A stretch of DNA of 64,000 nucleotides from Vicugna vicugna. Its lineage: Eukaryota. Under the pieces are notes generated by a model, which searched no databases, was not told where the DNA came from, and was given only the letters and a program-made list of their open reading frames with translations. Where the stretch lies: assembly GCA_013265495.1 (NCBI GenBank), contig MU057521.1, forward strand, positions 1,934,335 to 1,998,334, written 5' to 3'. How positions within the stretch are numbered: position 1 is the first letter of the stretch; the number at the start of each line of letters is the position of its first letter. The position numbers and the translations under genes are program-made. Of this stretch, positions 12,331 to 25,435 are shown piece after piece.

Positions 12331-14754
12331 ACATCTTCTCCCATGACACATGCCACACTGCCTCTCCTGGAACCATATATATATTACCCAACAAATGGTC
12401 AAAACAGCTTGGATTTTTAGAATGAATATTTAAAATATTATAAATCCCTTGCTTGTAGGGGAGTGGTCAGTTGGAACAGTTTCTGCTGATCACTCAGTAA
12501 TCTATCCAAGACAGTGATGTGTACAGACTATTTTTGTCTCAGTTAATATACAGCACCACATAAACATTGACTCAACCAGAGAGCCTGGACAATAAATTAT
12601 CAGTAGCCCCAGTGCTAAAATAGCGCTTGATTTTCTCTCTGCCTGAGCATGCTATCTATTTATACTCTGCTTACTTCTGTGGAGTTCAAAGTGCTTTATA
12701 CACATTTCATCATAGCGATATTTATATCGATTTATTGTCTTTATTATACACATGTGACTAATGTTCCCTACCATGCTCAGTATTTACTAGAGGAGTCTCA
12801 GTTTCCAACTAGCTTCTTTATCTAAGGGAATTACTGACTGTCTTTATAATAAGTGGAACTTGGCTGTCAATTAAAAGAATAGCATTTTACTGTTTCTCTT
12901 TCAGCTAAACTCATTTTGTATACGATATGACCATTCTTGTTTCTGAGTCTTAAATCGTTTATTATTTTTTATCATTTCTTTACAGTTCCATTTATGGTTG
13001 ACCTTGAACCAGAATAGATCTGTCATTTTAAAACTGTGATACAATTGCCTTTTTTTTTTTTTTTTAGCTGACTTTCTGAAGCCTAATATACAGTCTTATT
13101 TTTTCGGGTTGATTGGTGCACTGGCACACGTGCGTTTTCAGATTTGGTCTTGACCTTTTCAGTTTTCATATTCATGGGCATAAAAAGACAAATTTAGGGG
13201 TTGAAACAGAATAAAGAAAAGATCTCCAAAGAAAGGTTTCCTTGACTAGCTGGAAGACAGATGAGACCCCAAACTTGGCATATATAAACTGGGAAACTAG
13301 GTTTACGCATCGCCAGGAGTTACTACAGCTCAAGATTTAGAAGTGTGCCCTAGTGCCGGATGCACAAAGAGGAATGAAGGAAGAACTGCCATTTGATGTT
13401 CCCATCGGTGACAAACAAAGCAAGCCCAAACGCACAGCCTAAGGCTGGGGCATTCGCTTTTCTTTTGTCCTCCCCCCCTGTGAATATCCATCTTTGTAAT
13501 CGAAAACAGAAACTCCAGCCTTAAGCATTTCTCTGTTTTTGCAACAAGGACATTATACCAACAGTCTCTTTTCAAAAATCGGCAATTATTTCATTCTACA
13601 GGAGTCCCTAAAATTTTCACCTTGACCAGCTGTGTCGTCTGCCAGTGTGAATGCAGGAGGGAGGGGCAGGTATGACCAGGTCCAGGAGACAGAAGAGTCA
13701 TAAGTACCCACAGTATCAATAATGATGTTGGAGTTTTTAGAAAAATGTCATTTATTCTCGGAATGTTTTTATCCCCTAGTCATCCTGCTACGATGAGCCT
13801 TTAACAACGTCAAGGGACTAGTGTGTAATCAATATCCTCATTCGAAAGAGAAGGTCAGACACTTGGAGATCCAGCTGGACAGACACACCAAGTTCTCCGG
13901 GAGAACCCTTGGGCTTCTGTGCATTCTGTTCTCTCTTCCCAGATAACTGGGCACCTCTATTATTTCTCTTTTGGGACTCAGAATAGCTATCATTTCCTCT
14001 AAAAAGCCCTTCCTAAAACTAGGTCGGATGTCTATTTTGTGTACACAGCCCCCAGGTCACCCCACTTATCTTACTGGATTGAGAACGCCAGGATCTCCTT
14101 CTGATGGAGACCGGATCTCAGGACAGAGCTGAAGGGAAGCGTGGAAGAAGGATAGCAGAAAAGCAAGAAGGGGGATGGGGACTGGGAAGGGCTGCCTTGT
14201 GATTGTTATTGTCACTTCTGCACGGCCACCCTGGGTGTACCCAATGGAACTGTGGAAACCTCTGGAAGCAAAACCAGGCTGAGCCTAAAATTAGCTCAAC
14301 TAATAAAAATTACATTACTTGAATGTTTTCAAAAGCAGATTTTGCACTTGTATTTTGCCTTTGTTCTTTATCTCAAAAAAAATAAACAATGGTATGGCAT
14401 TCTCATCTGAATCGGGTCCAACCCTGAAGGCTGGAGTGGTTCTCGGATGGCTCGCCCTCCTTGGCCCCACTAACGTCGGGTTGGTTCACACTGCGGAAAT
14501 ATCAGCAGAATCAAATGGGCTTGGGAAGTTTCCATCAGCTTCGTAAGCATGTGTTCAAAGTTCAGAGAAATGTGAAGCACAGAATAGACAGTTAATCACA
14601 ACGGTGAGTGGAATGTGCTAGAAAGCAAGAATAAGAGCAAACAATGAAAGCATGTTTTCTGTTACTTTTTTTTTCCCAAATTATCTGTTTCAACAGCAAA
14701 CAGACTCTCTGAGCAATTAATTCAGCAGCACCACATCTCAGGCAGAAGGACATA

Positions 14755-14900
14755 CGGCAATGGCATGGTCTTTGGAGTTAGCCCCAGTTTGAGAGCTAGC
14801 TCCCACATTTCCTGGCTCCAGCTTCCTGGCAACTTACTTAAGTTGGTAGAGCCTCCGTTTCCTCATCATCTTTCAGAATTTTGTGAAGTTTAGAGAAAAC
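14755..14900 (+). mobile_element. MIR SINE
   Basis: ggtctttggagttag...ggcaacttacttaag...gagcctccgtttcctcatc. Confidence 0.65.
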
Positions 14901-15229
14901 AGAAGGACGAGTGTTTACAGCACATATTGGAGGCTCCGTAAGTAATGACCAGCGTGATCACTGCTACCTCCAACACGTCGGGGAATCAGCGAAAGCACCG
15001 ATCTGGAAATTATGAATGACCCTGAGCTGGACTGAAGTCTAAGTGTGCGTGTGATGTGCATCAAGGTCTGAACAAGCAAACTAGAAGGCAAACTAGAAAA
15101 TACTTCACAAACATGAGAGCAAACTTTCAAGTAATTTAATAGTACCCACTTTACTGTAAAGAATATGTGTATAGCAACAAATCTTAACTTGTATTAATTC
15201 GTCATAATTCTTAATTTTAACTTAGACTA

Positions 15230-15700
15230 CTCATAATTCTTAAATTATATTAACAGAACAGTATATTGTACAGCCTTCTAGAAAATGTTATGTGTATACA
15301 TGTATCTCCTTTTTCTCCTCATCTGTGAGGTCACATGCTCCATACAGACTTCAGCTTTTCCACTCTATAGTAACTGGGCATCTTTCTTTGTGAGCACATA
15401 TATATGCATCATGTTTTTTTAACAACTGCACTTTAGTTCATAATAACAATTCACCATCATTTAGCCAGTCCCTTACATAGATAGTTCTTTTCTCCCCCAG
15501 GTCTCCAGTTTGTTTGTTTGTTGGCTTTTGCTGCAAAAATAAAATAAATAATGCCACAACGGATTTCCTTACATATATGTAGGAAAAACCCCTAGAAGTG
15601 AAATTGCTGAATCAAGGGTATGTAAACTTGGAAGTTTCAGAATTAAGGTCAAATTACCCTCCAAAAAGTTTATAAGACTATACCCTTCCTTTAACAGTAT
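15230..15700 (-). mobile_element. Old L1M fragment (ORF2 3' part), antisense
   Basis: cctagaagtgaaattgctgaatcaagggtatgt...caaattaccctccaaaa is typical antisense L1M text. Confidence 0.7.
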
Positions 15701-16649
15701 TTAAAAAAAAAAAAACTAGACTTTTTTTTTTACATTTGCTTCTCCTAAGTCTGTCTTTCTAGACTTGTTCTGGAGACAAAGGTGCAATCTGAAGTCATAA
15801 CATTAACTGATTTCACTATCTACCCTCAAATTCATGATATTCCCTTGCAGTTCTCAGATGCAGATGCTTTGTTTAAAAAAAAATGTCAACAATGTTAGAG
15901 GTGATAGCTTAGGCAAATAAAGTCCCTCCAGCCAAGAAGGAGGTGCAGGAAGAGCTCTCTGACCCCCCAACCCCCCGAAAGGTGACAACAGACCAAACCA
16001 ATCACAGGCAAACGTGTTCCAGCTACATTGCGTTGACTGAAGGTTTCTCTGAGTTAGACTCAGCACTAAATACTTTACATACATTATCTCACTTTAGGGT
16101 CTGTGTATTTGTGAGTATTTATAAGCCCAATAAAAGCCTCACAGATTGTCTGATGAGACCTGGGAAAATAAGAACTGTCCTTCACCTCTGGCTCCCCGCT
16201 CCCCGTCCCCCCCCCCCCTTCCCCCCCCCAATCGACCCACTACCCGCTCCCCGTCCCCCCGCCCCATCTCTCCCCCAAGGAAACGCAAGGGCTACTACCC
16301 CCCACCAGCAGTAATAGGCCTGCCTTCTCCAGCCCCAGATCCCTGCCAATAGCCAGTTCTGAGGTAACTGCCGTGTTTCCCAATGACCCGAGGCTTGGGG
16401 AAACCCTCAAATATCTTTAGAATCATTAAAAGAGATACACAGGCGTCTGGTATCGTTTGGGTGTTAGGCGTATTTGGTTGTATTGAATTCTGTAGAAATT
16501 AGTCATAGAGAAATGGTCTAGCTGAAACAGAAGGTTGAATTAACCAGAAGACCTCGCTCTTCTAGCTAACTGGAGCACTTACTGTACTTAAGATAAACTG
16601 GAATTTACCATATTACTCACCCCTAATCTCACCATTAAAAGCTCTGTCT

Positions 16650-16790
16650 TTTTTTTTTTTCAATAGCAATGGGTCCTTTATTTTATTTATTTTCATTGTT
16701 ATTTTTTTTAAACAAAAGTTCCAGGGATTGAACCCGGGACCTCCTGCATGCTAAGCATGAGCTCTGCCACTGAGCTATACCCACCCCTCT
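16650..16790 (-). mobile_element. tRNA-derived camelid-type SINE
   Basis: gggattgaacccgggacctcctgcatgctaagcatgagctctgccactgagctatac is the reverse complement of the SINE head at 19878; T-rich tail to the left. Confidence 0.88.
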
Positions 16791-17924
16791 CCCCAGAGTT
16801 CTCATTCTTTACCCCTACTGTCAAACTGAACAAAAGAATAGATGCCCATCTTCCACAATAGAAAATTTTTGAGCCATTTCCTATCATTCCAACGTAGCTC
16901 TGTTAAATCCACCCTCGATAACAGTTAACAGCCACACTATTGAGATTAGGGCAAATAAGTATTTGATTTGGAATGCAAAGCTTGACCAAATGACTTTATG
17001 CCTCAGTATATTCTCTGTGATTTGCTAATATAAAGGTCACCTCTCATTTATTATTTTTTAAAATGTTCTAGAAGTTTCTCAAAGGCCGAGTTTTGGAAAC
17101 TCAATCTACATTTCCTTCCCAAATGAAGAAGCTTCCAACCCCAAGCACGAAGACACATTCCATAAAGCATCAGAGGCCAGACACCAACAGTTCTGTGGGA
17201 ATTAAGTCTCTACTCCTCTGCAAGGCAAGAAGGGCTCTCCCAGCCCCTCCTCTGAAGATGGTTTCCTAGCTCTAGAAACCATGGGGCTGCCCCAGCAAAT
17301 GAAACCACTTTAAGAATCTGTCTTTTAGTAACTAGAAATCCCCTTGCTCTGTCCCTGACAGGCCTATCTTCGACTGAATCCCACTTTCTAGCCAGAAAAA
17401 TCTGCGTGAGGTTCCAGGACATTCAGGAACAGATCATTTGTATTCAACAGTGTCAGTAGCCTACTCAAATGAAAAAGTGCTTTTTGTGTGTGTGAAATCC
17501 ATCAAACTCTCTTTACGCATCCGAGGCGGGTTTCGGGGAAATCACTCACTGTGGGTATCCGTGCAGAGCAGCTGCTCACTGAAGAAAGGAAGCCAGCCTT
17601 GAAGTCCAGGATAAGCCCTAAAGGTTCCTGATGCATTAAGTGGAGATTCTGAGATCAATGCCAGGGAGTATGGTTTTAGGGTAGGTTGTTTGAAAAGCTT
17701 AAAAGCGCAGTGCCTTTGGATCCCCTAAGGAGAGGCTGTTGCAGGTAACTGATTAATCTCTGACCAGTCAGAAGTAGCTAAATGTTGAGGTGTGAAATTA
17801 GGGGGGGAAAAAAAAGACCTGGTTTTTATTTCTTTTGCATTATTAAAAAAATCACCTAAAAATACAGCTTGCAGTATTTGAATCATCTACACAGTGAGAG
17901 TGCCTCCTGCCCTCATTTGACAGC

Positions 17925-18400
17925 TGTTCAATCACCCACGCTGCGCTGGTGCCCCCGTGCTGGGGTGTCGCAGGGAACAAGACAGGCATGGTCACTGCCT
18001 GCGAGGAGCTGAAAGAAAATGCACGCCGAGCGCTGACTGTATCCTATGGAAATATCCAGAAGGTTAAAGGAGGGTGAGAGGAGCAGGAAGGACTGGGTGT
18101 CCAGGGGGCGCTTTTCAAGGTGATGACATTTAAACAGGGATTTGAAAGGCAAGAAGGAGCATTCCCAGGACAAGCAGGAGGACTACAGTCCAAGCAGAGG
18201 TCACAGGTAGCGAAAGGCCCTGAGGGGCAAGCTTGTTGTGTTGGGGGATCAGGAATCAGCCCACGTGGCCGTGGGTTGGAGAGCTGTGAACAGGTCGGGC
18301 GGTGAAACACTTTGGAAATCAGAACGAGGAGTCTGGGTTTTATCCGAAGCATGACGGGAAGTATTTGGGGGTGACAAGGTGGACTGAAATGCAACCCTTC
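17925..18400 (-). mobile_element. L2 fragment
   Basis: gtgctggggtg...gaacaagacagg, ggtgatgacatttaaacagggatttgaa, gcattcccagg, gcgaaaggccctgagg. Confidence 0.7.
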
Positions 18401-19321
18401 TGCAAAGACCCCAAACTAGAGAGGTGACCAAAGGCAGTGGGGAGGAGGGGCCGCTGACGTGCACCTGTCCTGACAGCCCCCTCCCCAAGCAGTGAGGCTG
18501 GGAAGCCCTGCTGGCCACTGGGCCCCTGGGATGATGTCAGCCCATGACACCACGGCCACAGCACACGCCATGACGGCAACCCGTGTCTGGTCAAGCCCAA
18601 AGCCAGCAAAAGACCTTCCCCTTGACCCTTGATCCAGATTCCCAGACTGAATCCAGCCTCTAGCTCCTCTGCAGAAAGGCAGCCCCAGTCTTCTCTTTGT
18701 GCTTAGACATGCCGAAGGAGGTGGGCCCGAGCACTATCAGACCCCATCCTTCTGTTAACGACTTCTGGGGACAAAAATACAGGGAACTACCTCTGAAATT
18801 CTTTGTGCGTTTCATCAAAGAAGCAAGGTTAATCAATTCTGCGGCCATACATGCGCATGTTTCATGATGCAATGAAGAAAACTCCCAGATACCAGCACCC
18901 CACGATGAATGTCCTCATCGACCATTAAAGACTTATTTTTAGCAGAGTCAGCCACAAAGTTCTGAGGCAAGCGACAGGTCATGTGCTATCTGAGAAGCAC
19001 ATGTTATTGTGGTCATCGAACAGCTAATCTGGGGTGAGGTGTTCCAGGCAAGATGCTTGTTATGAAAGTAGAAGCTACTAGAGTGGTTATTGCTATTCAG
19101 AAATTTAAATCAATGGACATAAACGGTAAAGGAAGCATGGACTGAACAACTAAATTTCAAATGGCATTTCAAATGAGTCCAATGAAATTGGCAAAAACAT
19201 GCCCTAAGGTTTTTCAACTTACTTTTCCATAAGAGTATGGTGGCTATACATCAAATAGAGGGTTCTAAAATCATATGATCACATCTAGCTGTTAGCAAAA
19301 AGACCAATGTAGATTTATTTC

Positions 19322-19492
19322 CTCACTAGCTTGACCTTAAGTAAGATAGATTACATTCCTAAACCTTGGTTCCTCATCTGTAAAAAATAAAGATAATCAT
19401 ATCCATCTTTCATAGGGTTGTTATGATGTGTATATGCGATAAAGTACCCAACACAGCACACGGCAAAGTTGCCGATACACATAAATACCAGT
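19322..19492 (+). mobile_element. MIR SINE
   Basis: ttcctcatctgtaaaaaataaagataatcat...catagggttgttatga. Confidence 0.75.
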
Positions 19493-19609
19493 TGACTTTT
19501 CCTTTAGCATTCTGCTTCATGGTAAGCCACATTTTTAGCAAGCTAAGAGTTTAATTTGGGGGATGCATATTTCTTAACACCATCCAATGGCATATAAGCA
19601 AAAGGGCTG

Positions 19610-19703
19610 GAATTTTTCTCTGTTCACAGCTGTACTTTCAGCATCCAGATAAAGGCCTGCCTTATAGTAGCTGCCCAATAGTTACTGAATGAATGAATGA
19701 ATG
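19610..19703 (+). mobile_element. L2 3' end
   Basis: tgttcacagctgtac...atagtagctgcccaatagttactgaatgaatgaatgaatga. Confidence 0.7.
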
Positions 19704-19877
19704 AGAAGTTACAGTGACATGAGGCTGAATCTGAAGGTCAATTATCTTAATGGCTAAATTGTCTAATATGCTTTTGATGGAAGAGATGTAGGCTGAACAT
19801 GCATTCAGATAGTCAACTTGTAAATGCAACCATCTTACAAAATAGGTGATCAAAAGCATCTATTAAAGAAAGCAGTA

Positions 19878-20032
19878 GGCGGAGGGTATATAGCTCAGTG
19901 GTAGAGTATGGCTTGACATGTACGAGGTCCTGGGTTCAATCCCCAGCACCTCCATTAAATAAACAAACAAATAAACAAACCTAATTACTAACCCCCCCAA
20001 AAAAAAACCAAAAAAAATTTTTTTAAAAAGAA
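19878..20032 (+). mobile_element. tRNA-derived camelid-type SINE (vic-1-like) with target-site duplication
   Basis: ggagggtatatagctcagtggtagag (A box), gggttcaatcccc (B box), A-rich tail. Flanking repeat aaagaaagcagta (19865-19877) and aaagaaagtagta (20033-20045). Confidence 0.9.
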
Positions 20033-22049
20033 AAAGAAAGTAGTAACCACCGCTTCAACCTCAAATAAAGCATTACTGGGAAGTCTGGTCCTAAGGGCTC
20101 CTGGATCAGCAAGTCAATGATCCCCAGAAAAGAGGGAACCACCATAAATGACTTGCCTTGAACTCAATTTCCCAGTAGCTGAGGGCCAGCCTGGGGGGGT
20201 CCTGGTGCCAGCAGCAAGGCCACCTCTCCTGTCATCACCTTTCCAGGGCTAGGGCTGTGCCAACATCAGAGTGGTTGGGAATTGACCAGAGTGAGTCCAA
20301 AACAGAAAAGAACATTCTGCCAGTGACTAAAAACCTACCTGGGTCCGAGAGCTGGGCACCAGGGCTTAGCTTTGCCGCCAACAAGCTGTGTGGCTTTGGG
20401 TAAGTCATTTAGTATTTGGTCAAATAGACCTTGGTTTCATCATGTTTGAATGATCAACACTGGCCTGTTTTCCCTCTGAAAGTTCAAAAGTCCCAGGCCA
20501 GGACTATGGCAGCCTGGCCGGCATCCATCCGTATGGCCTCGCTGTTGTGAAAGATTACAAGTATAGAAACCACAGGTGATAACAGGGGGAGAAAATAAGA
20601 AAGAAAAAGTCACTCCTTACCCTCTTTTCAAGAACCACTGCTCCCAATTGCTCACATCTGGCATGCCTCAATGGTAATCATTTGCAAGGTTCAAAAACAT
20701 TGAGCCTTGAAAGTGAAATAAGGAGCTTTATCTTCAAAAGGAAAATTAAAGACCCAGGGCAGACCCCTTGGGACCTTTTCATTACACCTGGATAATGGAA
20801 GGTATTATGACTCTATCCAGCAGTATGTTTTTATGAATAGGCTAACACACACCCCTAGGCTGTAAAATTGTGCTTTAGGATATGACATGTTGATTCAGGT
20901 ACAAAATAAAACACTGCTTGTATGGTAGATTTTTAATGAAAAGTTTAAAGACACACCTATTTAACAAACCTCTATTTTTTTTTTTTATAGAGCTAGCCTA
21001 AAAAAGACTGCTTTAAAAAATAAAATCGTAACTATGGGTGGTCTCACACCTAGAAGCGACACAGCAATCCTTTGTCAGACCACGTGCCTTAATTTTTGGG
21101 TTGGAAAATGTGGTCACTGTAATTAGAAGCCAGGGAAAGCAAAGGGTCTGAAAAATTCCTTGCAGGAGGGGAATAATAATTCGTTAGCATTTCAATAAAA
21201 CTGTAATTTCACCAGCTTTTAGGTATGTAATAATCAGCTTTAAAATTACAGCACTTGACAATTTTCTATTTCACCATATAGCGATTTGTCCAAGTGTCTT
21301 ATTTCCTCCATGAAAACAACAGCCACGTTTCCCATATTCCCAGAACCCTCCCCTCTGCCCCCTGACAAACCGGGTACATGGTTTGTTTTTTGTGTTCAAT
21401 GAACCACAAAGAATGTTTCAGGAACAACCTCAGGAAAATCAGGCGACAAGTAATTCAGGGTAGGAGGAAATCAGTGCATAACTTGTTTAGAAGCTATTCT
21501 CTTAGGCTTCAAGAGATTTCAAATATACCCTTTGAAAGGCTCAGCTATGGAAAAAGTTCATCTGCGCAGGTTTTGAAATGGGATTTAGCCAAGAAAAGAG
21601 TCAGTGCTGATTAAGGATTGATGAAGGAGGAGGGGAAAGTTTAGTCGGGTAACTTAGTCACTTGGTTCCTAAACCCTTTTTCACGACTGAAAGGCATCAT
21701 GAGAGGCCGAAATACAAGTATTGGAGGAGGAGACAGAACGTGATCGTTTCTCTCTGTGGTCTTTTTGGGGCTTGAAATGAAAAGATCAAAGTCAAATGAG
21801 GCTATGGAAAATTAATGAGCACCGAGCATTTCGTGCCGCTAATACGCTTAGTTAACTCAGGCAGCGGGAAAGCATCACATGGGCCTATATCACACGGGAC
21901 AGAACACCAGCGCCTTCCCAGAAGGCTGCGCAGACGCGGACGTGAAGGTCCCTACGACTGGAAGCACTACAGCTCTGTGTCCCCTGCGCTTGGCGTTCCC
22001 GTTTTGCTTGGATTTCTTAATTCCACATTGCAACCAATTTTTCCTCTTA

Positions 22050-22392
22050 GTATCACTTATATGTGGAATCTAAAAAATAGAGACAAACTTATTTTCCAAA
22101 ACAGAAACAGACTCACAGACATAGAACGCAAACTTGTGGTCACCAGAGGGGAAAGGTGGGGGTGAGGGATAAATTGGGAGCTTGGGATTTGCGGATACCG
22201 ACTACTATATTTAAAATAGATAAAACAGATAAGCTATATAGCACAGGGAACTACGTTTCATACCTTGTGATAGCCTATAATGAAAAAGAATATGAAAAGG
22301 AATATATATATATGTGTATAACTGAATCACTGTGCTGTACACCAAAAACTAACACATTGTAAGCTGACTATACTTCAATTAAAAAAATAAAA
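22050..22392 (+). mobile_element. 5'-truncated young L1 (cetartiodactyl-type 3'UTR)
   Basis: tatcacttatatgtggaatctaaaaa, acagaaacagactcacagacatag, tatatagcacagggaacta, ataactgaatcactgtgctgtacacc...tatacttcaattaaaaaa. Confidence 0.92.
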
Positions 22393-22699
22393 TATATACA
22401 TACATAAATGTCAAACCGTCCATATAAATCCCAAAGTTTTAGCATCTAACCTCCATCTCCCAGACTGCAACTCACAAGAAGTAGCAAAAAATAGTTCTTC
22501 AAGTCTATCTTCTACACATGTTTTGACTTCTTGGAACAGAAATTAGGATGATTATATCAACACAGCTGAGAAAAAATGTTTTCCTGAAGCAGGTGAGAAA
22601 GTTATGGTTTGGTGACTTGTAGCTCCCAGATTCCTATGGATCAATATTGATTTGAGTGTGTTCCTAAGGGCTTGGCTTCTTTTGAAGATGCCATGGTTC

Positions 22700-22880
22700 C
22701 CAAGAGCACGGCCTTAGGAGTCCACCCCGGGCTCTTCAGTGCTGGGCCATCCATCACCTGCAGATCATTCACTTTGAGTTTCAGTTTCCTCGTCTGAAAA
22801 TGAGGAAAATGCTCATACCTGCCGGTGGTTTTGGGGACTCAGACAGTGCAAGGCAGGCCCCTAGCACCGCTGTCTGTCAT
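22700..22880 (+). mobile_element. MIR SINE
   Basis: gagtttcagtttcctcgtctgaaaatgagg. Confidence 0.6.
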
Positions 22881-23564
22881 GTGGTGAAACTCACGACCTG
22901 GTGGCTCTTGCTGTCACCATCTTCTGCTGCAAACTGTCCTGCGTGAGCCGTGCAGGATGCAACCAGAAAGCAAATAAAATTATGGTTGCACTTTCTGTGA
23001 CGTTCCTGGGGGCACCACAGCCTCAGGGGACTAGTGCCTGGGAGGCGGCAATCGCTTGGAGAGCTGCCCTTTTGCAAGCTCACACCTGGAACAGCCGTGG
23101 AGAGAGGGGAGGGAGGCGAGAAGAAAGCTTCCACGAGATAATGTCATGTTCAAGCTCTCATCTCGTCTTTCTCCAGTCATCGCCAAATGTTTTAAGTCAA
23201 GTGAAAGCCATTCATTACCAGGCAGACACGGAGGGTTGGGAGGTGGTGTCTGTGAGACCACATCTTCTGCTGGCAGATGCGGCCAGAGGCGGAAAAGAAA
23301 CACAGAAGCAAGAGACTCAAGCTAAGGGTCCGTCTTCCTCAGTCTGGTGTGGGATTTCTCCCTGGAATATCTCTACAGTTTTTAATATTGGGTCAGGAGG
23401 TGGATTTTATTGAGCCTTTCAGGTTATTTGGTCTTTATTTTGTAAGAAAGTCACTGTGTTTGCTTTCACAACAAAGCAAAGTGGTTTCAGGTTGAGGAAG
23501 GGAGGACGGTGATGCTGAAGAAAGAAAGTTTAGCCTGAAAATGCTCTGTACCTGCATCCGCGCA

Positions 23565-23850
23565 ACACACACAGACATACAAACAGACACACACACACAG
23601 ACATACACACAGAAGCACACAGACACACATATACACACAAACACACACAGAGACCCACAGAGATAGAGACCCACACAGACATACAGACAGACACAGACAT
23701 ACACACACAAAGACACACAAGCACACAGACAGACATACAGACATACCCAGACACACAGAGAGACATATACATAGATACACTTAGACACACAGACAGACAC
23801 ATTCACAGACACACAGACAGCCAGACAGATACACACAGACACACACGCAC
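23565..23850. repeat. Compound (CA)/(ACAG)/(ACAT) low-complexity tandem repeat, ~285 bp
   Basis: Directly visible: acacacagacatacaaacagacacacacacacagacatac...; generates the C/V-rich pseudo-ORFs. Confidence 0.95.
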
Positions 23851-25294
23851 GCGTCCCAGCAAGGCTCGTCCCACCTGCCCTGTGCTCTGGGTGGCAGCAT
23901 CTTACTTCCCCTCCCCTTTTTATCAAGAAAATCCTGACATTTGCAACCACACAAGGGGTAAAGATGTTAGTAAGAACCAAAACCAAAACAATAACAGCAA
24001 AACACCACCACCAAAAAAAAAAAAAAGAGCATTTTTACAAGCAAGTAGGTGTCTGATGAAATTTTCAAGGACTATTTCAAAATCTTCACTGTTCGAGAAG
24101 CACATCTCTCACTGTTCTCAGACACGTTCCTGTTTTGTTTGTTTGGGTTTATTTTTGCCTTCGTTCTGCAGGAAGCCTCACAGATATGACCGGGTGATTG
24201 AATTCGGTACAAACCTCGCCTCCCTAAATTCTTAGAACGTAGGTAGATACCACTACCGGTATTCTTAGAGTTAGAGTAACACAGCCTCCCACACCAAATA
24301 TAACGATGCCAAACCCATATTTCATTGAAATCCCTACCTTTAGTTATTTGCAGGTTTTTCTTTATGACACAGGAAACCAAATGTGAGGCAGTGTTGTAGA
24401 TATTGATAAACGGGCTTCTAAAATCTTCTCGGTGGCTGACGGAACAGTACCTGATTTATAGCCCCAAAAAGGGAGGTAACGGCTTGCCCCCTCCATTGGA
24501 GAGGAAAGTAAGCTTCTAGACACCCTTTTGTCAGGTGTCAAGACTTATTCATGACAACAGATTCTGTCCGAGGCATCTGTGAAGGCCCCTGTGGAAGATT
24601 CCCCCTGCCATCCGAGGCAGCCGGACACGTCCAGAGCCGAAGATGACAGAAAATTGATAGTGGACCATGCGACCGAAGAACAGGTAAGCTTTAAAGGGCG
24701 GGGTGGCACTCACCTGCCCGTCTGACTCCGCGGCGCCCCGGGCCCCATCAAGCAGCGGGGTTTGGAATGAATCAGGCACCTGCCGCACAGCAGAGGGACC
24801 GAGTGCAAGGTCGGGGCCCCTCCCTTAAAGAGGCCTGCTCCTCCTGCCACGCTGATATCCCACAGACTGAGTTCACAAAGACCACTCATAGCCTCGGGCT
24901 GATTTCCCCACCAGGCTCTCTGCACCTTGAGCTTAGAACAAATCACTGGGAGAAAAGTTCAGTCCCTGTCATCCAGCACTGACATTGAAGACTTTCTATA
25001 AAATGGCCAGAAAGACTTAAAACCCAGATTTCTGAAGGTCTTTCAAAAGACACTAACCAATTCATCCTTATAACCACCACCCCCCCTTCTCCAACAGCAT
25101 GGACCTGCTGAAGTTATCTCTAAGGTTAATAGATGTTTAAGAAAATTACGTGGATCATTTTATGTGCTTCGATGGGATCATTTTATGAATGAGTAATTTT
25201 TAAATAGGTTTCTTTAAAAAAAGAAACGAGTTTATTTACTCCCTCACTTAACTTTTGTTAGAATAATCCACAGACAACTTAACTGCACTAATTA

Positions 25295-25435
25295 GAAGAT
25301 CTGGCTCTGCCACTAACCAAGCAGACAACCCCAGGCCATTTACCTCACCTTCCTGCGCCTCGGTTTACTTCTCTCTAAAATGGTGAGGCCTGGGCAAGAT
25401 GGTCTTCAAGGTTATACTGATCCTTAGCATTTGGG
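25295..25435 (+). mobile_element. MIR SINE
   Basis: ctggctctgccactaac...gcctcggtttacttctctctaaaatgg...gatggtcttcaagg. Confidence 0.65.

Noticed and set aside
14404..14490. Minus-strand exon candidate (VNQPDVSGAKEGEPSENHSSLQ)
   Set aside because: Acceptor plausible but only a poor donor (gttgga); peptide unrecognised.
19878..19955. tRNA gene
   Set aside because: A/B boxes are present, but it has a SINE tail and TSD and no proper acceptor stem; it is a SINE.
23435..23986. Long Cys/Val-rich ORFs (up to 183 aa)
   Set aside because: Translation of a CA-rich tandem repeat.
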